Positions 11,478 to 22,774 of a stretch of 64,000 nt of DNA are shown piece after piece (position 1 is the stretch's first letter; each line of letters starts with the position of its first letter). Both the position numbers and the translations under genes were made by a program. The notes below the pieces were generated by a model. That model was not told where the DNA came from, made no database searches, and saw nothing but the letters and a program-made list of their open reading frames with translations. Origin of the DNA: the human T2T-CHM13v2.0 reference genome, Homo sapiens; NCBI RefSeq assembly GCF_009914755.1, contig NC_060937.1; one strand, given 5' to 3'.

Positions 11478-14400
11478 AGGCAGGGACAAGATGGCTGACT
11501 AGAAGTTGTGGTGCTCTGAGGATCCAATGGTAAAGATCCAAAACGCTGTGCAAATCCTGAACCAGCAACCGAGGTATCCAGGTTCTGTCATCAGGACTGA
11601 CTAGGTGGCTAGTGTAACCCACAGAGAAGAAAGAAGAGCAGTGTGGTGCGGCAGCCCACCTGAGAGCCACACAGGGCAGGGAAGCCCCAGCCTCCAGCCA
11701 AGGGAGGCAGTAAGTGAGTGTGCTACCCAGCCTGGGAACCTATGCTTTTTCCACGGAACTGTGCAACCCATGGATCAAAAGAAGCCACTCATGAGCCTAC
11801 GCCACCGGTGCTTTGGGTTTCAACCATGGAGCTGTGCAGATTCTCACTCAGCTAGAATCGGCCTAAGCTGGCAGAATTCCCAGAAGAAGGGATGGCCGTC
11901 ACCACTGCTGCAGCTGCCTGCTGTCTAAGCCAGCTGAGCTCCTTGCAGAAGGGGGAGCAGCGAATAGTGCAACTGCAGGGCCTCCTTGCAGGAATTCCAA
12001 CTCCAGCCAGGGACTCAGGGACAGAACTCTGATCTTCCTGGGCCTGAGCTCCTATGGGGAGGGGTGACTGTAGTCTCTGTGGACCAGTAGATGTAGTCTT
12101 TCCTCCTGCTAGCTCTGAGGAATCCAGGAAGCCCAGACAAGTGTGTTCCCCTTAGTGCTACACACTCCCTCCGCCTAAGTATAGCCAAAGTGGTTCATTA
12201 AATGGGCCCTTCTTCCCATGCCACCCATCTAGGTGAGACCCTCCAACAGGGGTGGTCAGACATCCTATACAGAAGCCTTCTTACTGGCTTCAGGTTGGTG
12301 CCCCTTGAGGTAAGACATCCCAGAGGAAGGAGCAGGCACCTATCTTTGCTGTTCTTCAGCCTCCTCAAGTGACATCTCCAGGTGCAGAAGGAAACCAGTT
12401 GAATAGGACCTGAAGAAAATCCCCAGCAAAATGCAGCAGCTCTACAGAAGAGAGACCTGACTATTCAAAGAAAAACAAACAGAAAACAACATCAACAACA
12501 TCAACAAAATGTCCCACAAAAACCTCTTCCAAGGGTCAGCAGCCTCAAAAATCAAAACTGGACAAACCCATGAAGATGAGAGAGAATCAATGAAAAACCA
12601 CTGAAAACCCAAAAGGCCAGAGTGCCTCTTATCCTCCAAATGATCGTAACACCTCTCCAACAAGGGCACAGAACTGGACAGAGGATAAAATGGATAAATT
12701 TACAGAAGTAGGTTTCAGGAGGTGGGTAATAACAAACTTAGCTGAAGTAAAGGAGTGTGTTATAACCCAATGCAAAGAAGCTAAGAACCTTGATAAAAGG
12801 TTAGAGGACCTGCTAACTAGAATAACCAGTTTAGAGAGAAACATAAATGACCTCAGGGAGCTAAAAAACACAGCATAAAAACTTCATGAAGTGTAGACAA
12901 GTATCAATATCTGAATCAATCAAGTGGAAGAGAGAATATAGGAGATGGAAGACTATCTCGCTGAAATAAGGCCGGCAGACAAGATTAGAGAAAAAAGAAT
13001 GGAAAGGAATGAACGAAACCTCTGAGAAATATGGGACTATGTAAAAAGACCAAACCTATGACTGATTGGAATACCTGAAAGAGACAGGGAGAATGGAAAC
13101 AAGTTAGAAAATGCACTTCAGAATATTATCCAGGAGAACTTCCCAGACCTAGCAGGAGAGAATAACAATAAAATTCAGGAAATTTAGAGAACCCCACTAA
13201 GATACTCCATAAGAAGATCAAGCCCAAGACTTATAATCATCAGATTCTCCAAGGTCAAAATGGAGGAAAAAATGTTAGAGGCAGCCAGAGAGAAAGACTA
13301 CATCACCTACAAAAGGAAGCCCATTGGACTAACAGTGGATCTTTCAGAAGAAACCCTATAAGCCAGAAGAGAGTGGAGGCCAATGTTCAACATTCTTAAA
13401 GAAAAGACTTTTCAACCCAAAATTTCATATCCAGCCAAACTAAGTCATAAGTGAAGAAGAAATAAAATCCTTTCAAGACAAGTAAATGCTGAGAGAATTC
13501 ATAACCAACAGACCTACCTTGCAAGAATTCCTGAAGAAAGCACTAAATATGGGAAGGAAAAACCACTACCAGCCACTGAAAAACACACAAAAAATATAAA
13601 GACACTATGAAGAAACAGCATCAACTAGTGTGCAAAATAACCAGCTAGCACCATGATGACAGGATCAAATTCCCACATAAAAATATTACCCTTAAATGTA
13701 AGTGGGCTAAATGCCCCAAATAAAAGACACACCATGGCAAATTGGGTAGAGTCAAGGCCGATCAGTGTGCTGTTTTCAAGAGACTTCTCTCATGTGCAAA
13801 GACACACATAGGATCAAAATAAAGGGATGGAGGAAATTTGACCAAGCAAATGGAAAGCAGAAAAAAGTAAGGTTTGCAATCCTAGTCTCTGACAAAAGAG
13901 ACTTTAAACCAACAAAGATAAAAAAAAGACAAAGAAGAGTATGATGTAATGGTAAAGGGATCATTTTAACAAGAAGAGCTAACTATCTTAAATATATATG
14001 CACCCAATACTGGAGCACACAGATTCATAAAACAAGTTCTTAGAGACCTACAAAGAGACTTATATTCTCACAAAATCATAGTAGGAGACTTTAACACCCC
14101 ACTGTCAATATTAGACAGATCAATGAGACAGAAAATTAACAAAGATATTCAGGACTTGAACTCAGCTCTGGATCACATGGACCTATAGATAGCTACAGAA
14201 CTCTCCACCCCAAAACAACAGAATATACATTCTTCTCAGTGCCACATGACACTTATTCTAAAATCAACCACATAATTGGAAGGAAAACACTCCTCAGCAA
14301 ATGCAAAGAACTGAAATCATAACAAACAGTCTCAGAGACCACAGCACAATCAAATTAGAACTCAGGATTAAGAAATTCAGTCAAAACCACATAATTACAT

Positions 14401-15212
14401 GGAAATTGAACAAACTGCTCCTGAATTACTTCTGGGTACATAATAAAATTAAGGCAGAAATCAGGAAGTTCTTTGAAACCAATAAAACAAAGAGACAATG
14501 TACCAAAATCTCTGGGATACAGCTAAAGCAGTGATAAGAGGGAAATTTATAGCATTAAATGCCCATATCCAAAAGCTAGAAAGATCTCAACTCGACCCCC
14601 TAACATCACAACTAAAAGAACTAGAGAAGCAAGAGCAAACAATTCCAAAAGCAGAAGACAAGAAATAACTAAGATCAGACCAGAACTGATGGAGATAGAG
14701 ATGTGAAAAAACCCTTCAAAAAATCAATGAATGCAGGAGCTGTTTTCTTTTAAAGATTAACAAAATGGATAGACCACTAGCAAGATGAATAAAGAAGAAA
14801 AAGGAGAAGATCAAGTAGACACACAATAAAAGATGTTAAAGAGGATATTACCACTGACCCCAAAGAAATACAAACTCCCATCAGATAATGTTGTAAACAC
14901 CTCTACCCAAATAAACTAGAAAATCTAGAAGAAATTGATAAATTCCTAGATACATACACCCTCCCAAGACTAAACCAGGAAGAAGCTGAATTCCTGAATA
15001 GATCAATAACAAATTCTAAAATTGAGGCAGGAATAAATAGCATACCAACCAAAAAAGCCCAGGACCAGATGTATTCATAGCTGAATTCTACCAGAGGTAC
15101 AAAAAGGAGATGGCACAATTTCTTCAGAAACTATTCCAAGCAATTGAAAAGGAGGGAGTCCTCCCAAACTCATTTTATGAGGCCAGCATCATCCTGATAC
15201 CAAAAGCGGGCA

Positions 15213-15259
<47 letters not shown>

Positions 15260-17701
15260 CAGGCCAATATTCCTGATGAACATTGCCAAAAAAATCCACA
15301 ATAAAATACTGGCAAATCAAATCAAGCAGCACATCAAAAAGCTTACCCACCATATTCAAGTCATCTTCAACCCTGGAATGCAAGGTTTGTTCAACATATG
15401 CAAATCAATAATGCAATCCATCCCATAAACAGAACCAATGACAAAAACCAGATGATTATCTCAATAGATTCAGAAAAGGGCTTTGATAAAATTCACCCTC
15501 ACTTAATGTTAAAAACTCTCAATAAACTAAGTATTGACAGAACATATCTCAAAATAATAAGAGCTATTTATAGCAAACTCACAGACAATATCATACTAAA
15601 TGGGCAAAAGCTGGAAGCATTTCCTTTGACAACCAGCACAAGACAGGTATGATCTCTCTCATCACTCCTATACAACATAGTATTAGAAGTTCTGACCAGG
15701 GCAATTGGCAAGAGGAATAAATAAAGAGTATTCAAATATAAAGAGAGGAAGTCAAATTGCCTCTCTTTGCAGATGACATGATCCTATATTTAGAAAACTC
15801 CATCGTCTTAGACCAAAAACTTTTTAAGCTGATAAGCAACTTCAGCAAAGTCTCAGAATACACAATCAATGGGCAAAAATTACAAGCATTCCCATGAACC
15901 AAAAATAGACAATCAGAGAGTCAAATCATGAATGAACTCCCATTCACAATTGCTACAAAGAGAATAAAATTCCTAGGAATACAGCCAACAAGGCAAGTGA
16001 AGGACCTCTTCAAGAACTGCAAACCACTCTTCAAGGAAATCAGAGAGGAAACAAACAAATGGAAAACCATTTCATTCTCAGGGATAGGAAGAATCAATAT
16101 CATGAAAATGGCCAGAATGCCCAAAGTAATTTATAGATTCAATGCTTTTTCCATCAAACTACCATTGACATTCTCCACAGAATTAGAAAAAAAAAAGTTA
16201 AAATTTATATGAACCAAAAAAGAACCCTCATAGCCAAGACACTCCTAAGCAAAAAGAACAAAGCTGGAGTCATCACACTACCTGACTTCAAACTATACTA
16301 CAAGGCTGCAGTAACCAAAACAGCATGGTACTGGTATGAAAACAGATATATAGACCAATGGAACAGAACAGAGACCTCAGAAATAAGACCACACATCTAT
16401 AACCATCTGATCTTCGACAAACCTGACAAAAACAAGCAATATGGAAAGATTCCCTATTTAATAAATAGTTCTGGGAAAACTGGCTAGCCATATGCAGGAA
16501 ACTAAAACTGGACCCCTTTGTTACACCTGATACAAAAATTAACTCAAGATGGATTAAAGAATTAAATGTAAAACCCCAAACCATAAAAACCCTAGAAGAA
16601 ACCCCAGGACATAGGCGTGGGTCAAGATTTTATAAAGAAATCACCAAAAGCAATTACAACAAAAGCTAAAATTGACAAATGGGATCTCATTAAACAAAAG
16701 AGCTTCTGCATAGCCAAAGAATCTGTCATCAGAGTGAACTGGCAACCTACAGAATGGGAGAAAACTTTTGCAATTTACCCATCTGACTAAGGTCTAATAT
16801 CCAGAATTTACAAGGAACTTAAACAAATTTATAAAAAACAAACAACCCCATCAAAAATAGGCAAAGGATGTGAACAGACAGTTCTCAAAAGAAGACATTT
16901 ATGTGGCCAACAAACATATGAAAAAAAACTCATCATTACTGCTCATTAGAGAAATGCAAATCAAAATCACAATGAGATACCACCTCATGCCATTTATAAT
17001 GACAATTATTGAAAAGTCAAGAAACAATAGATGCTGGAGAGGCTGTGAGAAATATGAATGCTTTTACACTGTTGGTGGGAATGTAAATTAGTTCAATCAT
17101 TGTGGAAAATGGTGTGGCAATTCCTCAAGGATTTGTAACCAGAAATACCATTTGACCCAGTAAGCTCATTCCTGGGCATATATCCCCCAAAATGTAAATT
17201 ATTCTATTATAAAGATGCATGCACATACATGTTTATTGCAGCACTCTTCACAATAGCAAAACATGGAGTCATCCCAAATGGTCATCAATGATAAACTGAA
17301 TCAAGGAAATGTATATATACACCATGGAATACTATGCAACCATAAATACATATGAGATCATGTGCTTCACAGGAACATGGATGAAGCTGGAAGCCATCAT
17401 CCTCAGCAAACTAACACAGGAACAGAAAACAAAACACTGCATGTTCTCATTCATGAGAGTTGAAAAATGAGAACACATGGACACAGGCAAGGGAACAACA
17501 CACATCAAGGCCTGCCAGGGGTCGGAGGGGAGAAAGAGCATCAGGACAAATAGCTAATGCATCTAGGGCTTAAAACTTAGGTTGCAGGTTGATAAGTGCA
17601 GCAAACCACAATCTCACATGTATATCTGTGTAACAAACCTGCATATTGTACACATGTATCCTGGAACTTAAAGTAAAATAAATAAATAAGTAAATTGTAA
17701 T
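11478..17701 (+). mobile_element. Full-length inactive L1PA element (L1PA8/8A/10-like): 5'UTR, ORF1 about 12576-13599, ORF2 from 13656, 3'UTR and A-rich tail
   Basis: YY1 site caagatggc at the 5' end; ORF1 peptide MDKFTEVGFRRWVITN; ORF2 start MTGSNSH; RT motif FADD (tttgcagatgac, about 15766); many stops and frameshifts; TSD aactcca(t/c)ccc. Confidence 0.95.
15214..15257. repeat. (AC)22 microsatellite inside L1 ORF2
   Basis: Pure AC run. Confidence 0.97.
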
Positions 17702-17748
17702 AACTCCACCCCCATGATCCAAACACCTCCCTGGAACTTATAGTAAAA

Positions 17749-17791
<43 letters not shown>

Positions 17792-18129
17792 ACTCTACCC
17801 CCATGATCCAAGCACCTCCTATCACTACCTTCCTCCAACACTGGGGATTACAATTAGACAAGATTTGGGTGAGGACACAGATCCAAACTATATCACCAAG
17901 GCTACCTGGGGCTGTCAAAGGTCAGTAGAATTAACCATGTTTGGTGAGGGAGTGGTCATGTGCTCTGTGTTCTCAGAAAGAGGTTAAAACTGTCCCAAAT
18001 AAAATTTTATGAAATCAATTAAGGGTCAATAAAATAAAATTTAAGTTGGCTTGCAGGGTAAACAGCAACAATCCTTAAGCCAACTTGCCTTTTGGCCCAC
18101 TTCCTTGAGGGTGATCAATGATTAGCTCC

Positions 18130-20562
18130 TGATATGGTTTGGCTGTGTCCCCACTCAAATCTCATTTTGAATGGTAAATCTCATAATTCCTACATATCCT
18201 GGGAGGGACACTGTAGGAGGTAATTGAATCATGGGGGGTTGTGGCACGTCTTTCTTGTGCTCTTCTTGCAATAGTGGATAAGCCTCAGAGATTTGATGGT
18301 TTTAAAAAGAGGAGGTCACCTGCACAAACTCTCTCTTTGCCTGCCAACTTCCACATAAAATGTGACTTGCTCCTCCTTGCTTTCTTCCAAGATTGTGAGG
18401 CCTCCCCAGCCATGTGAAACTGTAAGTCCATTAAACCTCTATTGTGTAAATTGCCCAGTCTTGGGTATGTCCTTATCAGCAGCATGAAAAGTAAGTAATA
18501 CAGTACATTTTTACCAGTGGAGTAGGGTGCTACTGTAAAGATACTCCAAAATGTGGAAATGACTTTGTAACTGGGTAACAGGCAGAGGTTGGAACAGTTT
18601 GGAGGGCTCCAAAGAAGATAGGGAAATGTGAGACAATTTGGAACTTTCTAGAGAATGTTGAATGGCTTTAACCAAAATTCTGATAGCCATATGGACAATA
18701 AAGTCCAGGCGGAAGTGGTCTCAGATGGATATAAGAACCTTGCTGGGAACTGGAGCAAAGGTGACTCTTATTATGTTTTAGCAAAGAGACTGGTGGCATT
18801 TTGGCCCTGCCCTAAAGATTTGTGGAACTTTGAACTAGAGAGAGATGATTTAGGGTATCTGGCAAAATAGATTTCTAAGCAGGAAAGCATTTAAGAAGTG
18901 ACTTAGGTGCTGTTAAAAGCATTCAGTTTTAAAAAGGGAAACAGAGCATAAATGTTTGGAAAATTTGCAGCCTGACAATGTGATAGAAAATAAAATCCCA
19001 TTTTTTTTAGGAGAAATTGAAGCCAGCTGCAAAATTTAGTAAGTAACCAGGAGCTGAATGTTAATCCCCAGACAATGGGGAAAATGTCTCCAGGGCATGT
19101 CAGAATTGTTAGTGGCAGCCCCTCCCATCACAGGTCCGCAGGTCTAGGAGTAGCCCTGCATCCCAGCCACTCCAGCCATAGCTAAAAGGGGCCATCATAG
19201 AGCTTGGGTGGTGGCTTTCCAGGGTGCAAGCCCCAAACCTTGGCAGCTTCAACGTGGTGTTGAACTTGTGAGTGCATAGAAGTCAAGAATTGAAGTTCGG
19301 AAAATTCTGCCTAGATTTCCGAGGATGTATGAAAATGCCTTGATGCCCAGGCAGAACTTTGCTGCAGGGGCAGGGCCCTCATGGATAACCTCTGCTAGTG
19401 CAATGCAGAAAAGGAATATGGGGCTGGAGCCCCCACACAGAGTCCATGCTGGGGCACTGCCTAGTGAAGCTGTAAGAAGAGGATCACCATCCTTCAGACC
19501 CCAGAATCGTAGATCCACCAACAGCTTGCACCATTCACCTGGAAAAGCCACAGACATTCAACACCAGCCTGTGAAAGCAGCCAGGTGGCAGGCTATACCC
19601 TGCAGAGCCACAGAGGTGGAGCTACCCAAGATCATGGGAACCCATCTCTTGCATCAGAGTAACCTGTATGTGAGACATGGAGTCAAAGGAGATCATTTTG
19701 ATGTTAAGATTTAAGATTTGACTGCCCTGCTAGATTTCAGACTTGCATGGAGCCTGTAGCCCCTTTGTTTTGGCCAATTTCTCCATCATAAGCAGAAGAG
19801 ACTTGCCTGTCTCAGATGAGACATTGGACTGTGGACTTTTGAGTTAATTCCGAAATGAGTTAAGACTTTGGGCTACTGTTGGGAAGGCATAATTGGTTTT
19901 GAGATGTGAGAACATGAGATTTGGGAGGGGCCAGGGGAGGAACAATATAGTTTGGCTGTGTCCCCGCCCAAATCTAAGCCTGAATTGTAACCCCTACAAT
20001 TCCCATGTGTTGTGGGAAGAACCCAGTGGGAGGTAATTGAATCATGGGTATGGGTCTTTTTTATGCTTTTCTCACAATAGTGAATGAGTCTCATGAGATC
20101 TGATGGTTTTATTCAGTAAACATAGTATTGTGTACTCTAAGTCTCATGTTTTTATTTAGTGAATGTACTATTGTAGTATTGTGTACTCTAAGTCTTATAT
20201 TTTTATTCAGCAAATGTACTATTGTGTACTCTAAGTCTTATGTTTTTATTCAACAAATGTACTATTGTGTACTCTAAGTCTTATGTTTTTATTCAACAAA
20301 TGTACTATTGTGTACTCTAAGTCTTATGTTTTTATTTAGTAAATGTAAGATCTGATGGTTTTAAAAAGAGTCACCCCCTCCACAAACTCTCTCTTTGCCT
20401 CCTGCCATCCATGTAAGATGTGACTTGCTCCTTTTTGCCTTCCACCATAATTGTGAGGCCTTCCCAGCCATATGAAACTGTAAGTCTATTAAACCTCTTT
20501 TTTTTTTTAATTGCCCAGTTTCAGGTATGTCTTTGTCAGCAGCATGAAAATGGACTAATACA
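18130..20562 (+). mobile_element. THE1 (THE1B-like) MaLR element: LTR 18130-18502, internal 18503-19942, LTR 19943-20562
   Basis: Two direct LTRs ('tttggctgtgtcccc...cagcagcatgaaaa...taataca'); internal ORF remnants (MLNGFNQNSDSHMDNKVQAEVVSDG; YENALMPRQNFAAGAGPSW); purine tract before the 3' LTR. Confidence 0.95.
20111..20347. repeat. 43-bp minisatellite, about 5.3 copies, inside the 3' THE1 LTR
   Basis: Unit attcaacaaatgtactattgtgtactctaagtcttatgttttt; flanked by direct repeat agatctgatggtttt. Confidence 0.95.
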
Positions 20563-22151
20563 GTACCCCAGGAAAACATAGCCCTGTCACAGGACTCTTT
20601 ATTCCTTTTCTTTTCTGTAGATGAAATCTAAGGCATTGTGAGATGATAAGCATTCTAGTCGAGTTCCTCCTTTAGGTTCTGCATATGAGAAAACTACTGA
20701 TGCCAGCTGTTCTGAAGGGCCCAGTAGGAAGCTGACCCATGGAAGAATGTGTTTTCCACACCCTGCAAATTTCACCCCTTTTACCCCAGCCAATCAGCAA
20801 TCTCGATTTTCCAGCCCCTGACGCTCCACAATTTCCTTAAAGGCTTTTGCCCAGAACCCCTTGAGAAAATGGACTTGATGCTTGAGAATTCCTTCCGTTT
20901 CCTTGTTCAGAACGCTTGGCAATTTTTAAACTTGTAATTTGCTGCAAGCCCTGCTGTCTCAGTGTATTGGTATATTGCTATACAGTGGGCATATGAACCT
21001 GGCAGTCCTGCAACAATGTTATGAGTATGTCCAAGGACATCCCTTTCTATAATGGAGCCAAACCAGTTATTATTGTGGATGCAATATCAAGACTGCAACT
21101 AAAAATTTCCCAGATGACTACTAACAGACCACCTGGTACCAACCCACAGATTTCCTGGAACCAGCCAATTAACAGAGACTGGTGATGTTAGGCTTAAAGG
21201 TGGTCCAATTAAAACTCTGCCCCTCACTTCCCTGACTCCTCTCTCTTGCTCTGCTGCTTTTGCATTTATAATCTCTAACTCTCCAACCCCTCTCAGAGCA
21301 CATTTTCATTTTACATTGGAGGCTGAGGCTCTCCAATCTGAAAATTGCTTTTTCATAGAAAATAGTTGTACATTTTTATGCTGCAGATCTCATGGCATTT
21401 TTTAAAAAAAGTCTACACTCTCTTAAATTGGGATTGTAATTTATAGCTGATCAGAAAATAGAGTGTGGGAACTATTACTGGAGTTACAGAAAGAAAATAG
21501 TAATGTAACAAATGATATATTTGTTTTATAATAAAATGTGATTTTCAATAAAGCAATTGAAATAAAACTACTGTGAATAAGACACAAAGGCAATCTATGA
21601 CATATTAGTTATTTTGCTAGAATATTTCCTTTTGCTTTTACCACTACCAGTTAACCTAAAAAAATATAAGTTTTAACTCATTTGTAGGAATTATAGACCA
21701 GTATTCTTGAGGTGGTAAGCATCATATGATGAACACAAATCCAGTATTGCTTTGTTTTGTTGGTTTTCACTTTGCTAGCCGTGTGAATGCTTGGCAGCAC
21801 TTGAAAGTGTCTCGCCCAGTGCAGTGATGGCCTCTCTTTTCTGAAGAACAGTTTTTCTGTAGACAAAACTCTAGTCAAAAGAGTGGAAGACTTCTAGCAG
21901 ATCTTTCTGGATCCTTTTGACTTTTTGCCTTAGGGTTTCTATAGAAGAAAGTTATTTTAAGTATTAAATGTGATTATGGCACTATCCAGTTAAATGAGAC
22001 ATAAAACATTCTTTCAGATGCAAATTTATAGGTCTGACAAACATAAATTGAAAGGAAGAGGTCCTGTGCTTGTTTGCAGGTCACTGTAATATTTCACAAA
22101 GCCAATTATAAAGCTCTAGCCATCTTAACATACTAGGTTGCAGAATTCCAG

Positions 22152-22774
22152 TGCTGGGACTCAGAAACAATACACTAAAACAAAAGCATCAAAAGCAAAA
22201 GTTTTTATCTGACCTACTCCTGCCCTCGAGTCTCTTAGTCCTATTTCTTCCAAGGTTAGCCATAGAAACTATAATCCCTCTTGCCAAGACAGGTCATAGA
22301 ACACTTTTTCTCTAAAGTCAGCCATAAAACCTAAACTTATTACTGAAACTTTCATTCTGCCTTTCTGTGTAAAAATTGGCCATAAAAATATTATCTGACT
22401 TGCCTTGCTTGACTGTAGGTCATAAGATCCTCATTCCAGAGAAGGCCCTGCCCCACACCCAGAAGGAAGACATGCATGCTCAGAGGACTAAAGAAAAATC
22501 TAGATAGACAGGTCTTGCTGGGTTTCTCCACTCAGTCTATTAACATTGGATTAGACACTTTCTTCCAATCATATTTCTCCATGGCTATCCATACTTTATT
22601 TAACATAGGCATACAAATGGACAATTTCCCCTGTATCTTTAGGTCTACAATCCGAAGGCTCCCATGTATACATGTTAAATAAAATTGTATGCTTTTTCTC
22701 CTATTAATCTGTCTTTTCCAAGTTGAATTTTCAGTGAAATTTCAGAGGGCCAAGAGTTCTCCTTGGCCTCTACA
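22152..22774 (+). mobile_element. ERV1 solo LTR (LOR1-like)
   Basis: 'tgctgggactcagaaacaatac' start, poly(A) signal 'gttaaataaaattgtatgc', end 'ttggcctctaca'. Confidence 0.7.

Larger units (their letters stand above)
11194..17895 (-). mobile_element. MaLR MST (MSTA/B) LTR split by a full-length L1 (pieces about 11194-11477 and 17790-17895)
   Basis: 'tgtatcagcccattcttgcattgctataaagaaatacctgag...aaacaaccagatctcatgagaactcactca' and 'gacacagatccaaactatatca'; perfect TSD ccaag at 11189-11193 and 17896-17900. Confidence 0.9.
17985..21015 (+). mobile_element. ERV1 LTR (MER72/MER49-like) split by a THE1 element
   Basis: Starts 'taaaactgtcccaaataaaatttt', ends 'cagtcctgcaaca'; CCAAT 'agccaatcagc'; TSD aggt/atgt. 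Confidence 0.55.
11149..21408 (+). mobile_element. Outer ERV1 LTR (MER67-like) in three pieces: 11149-11193, 17896-17984, 21016-21408
   Basis: 'tgttaaaatatgcccctggccaacagaaaaaatggactccc' start; LTR-like 3' half; candidate TSD aagt at 11145-11148 and 21409-21412. Confidence 0.55.

Noticed and set aside
12576-17460. Active L1 ORF1/ORF2
   Set aside because: Both ORFs are broken into short fragments by stops and indels.
20111-20347. CRISPR-like array
   Set aside because: Head-to-tail units with no unique spacers, no cas genes, primate DNA.
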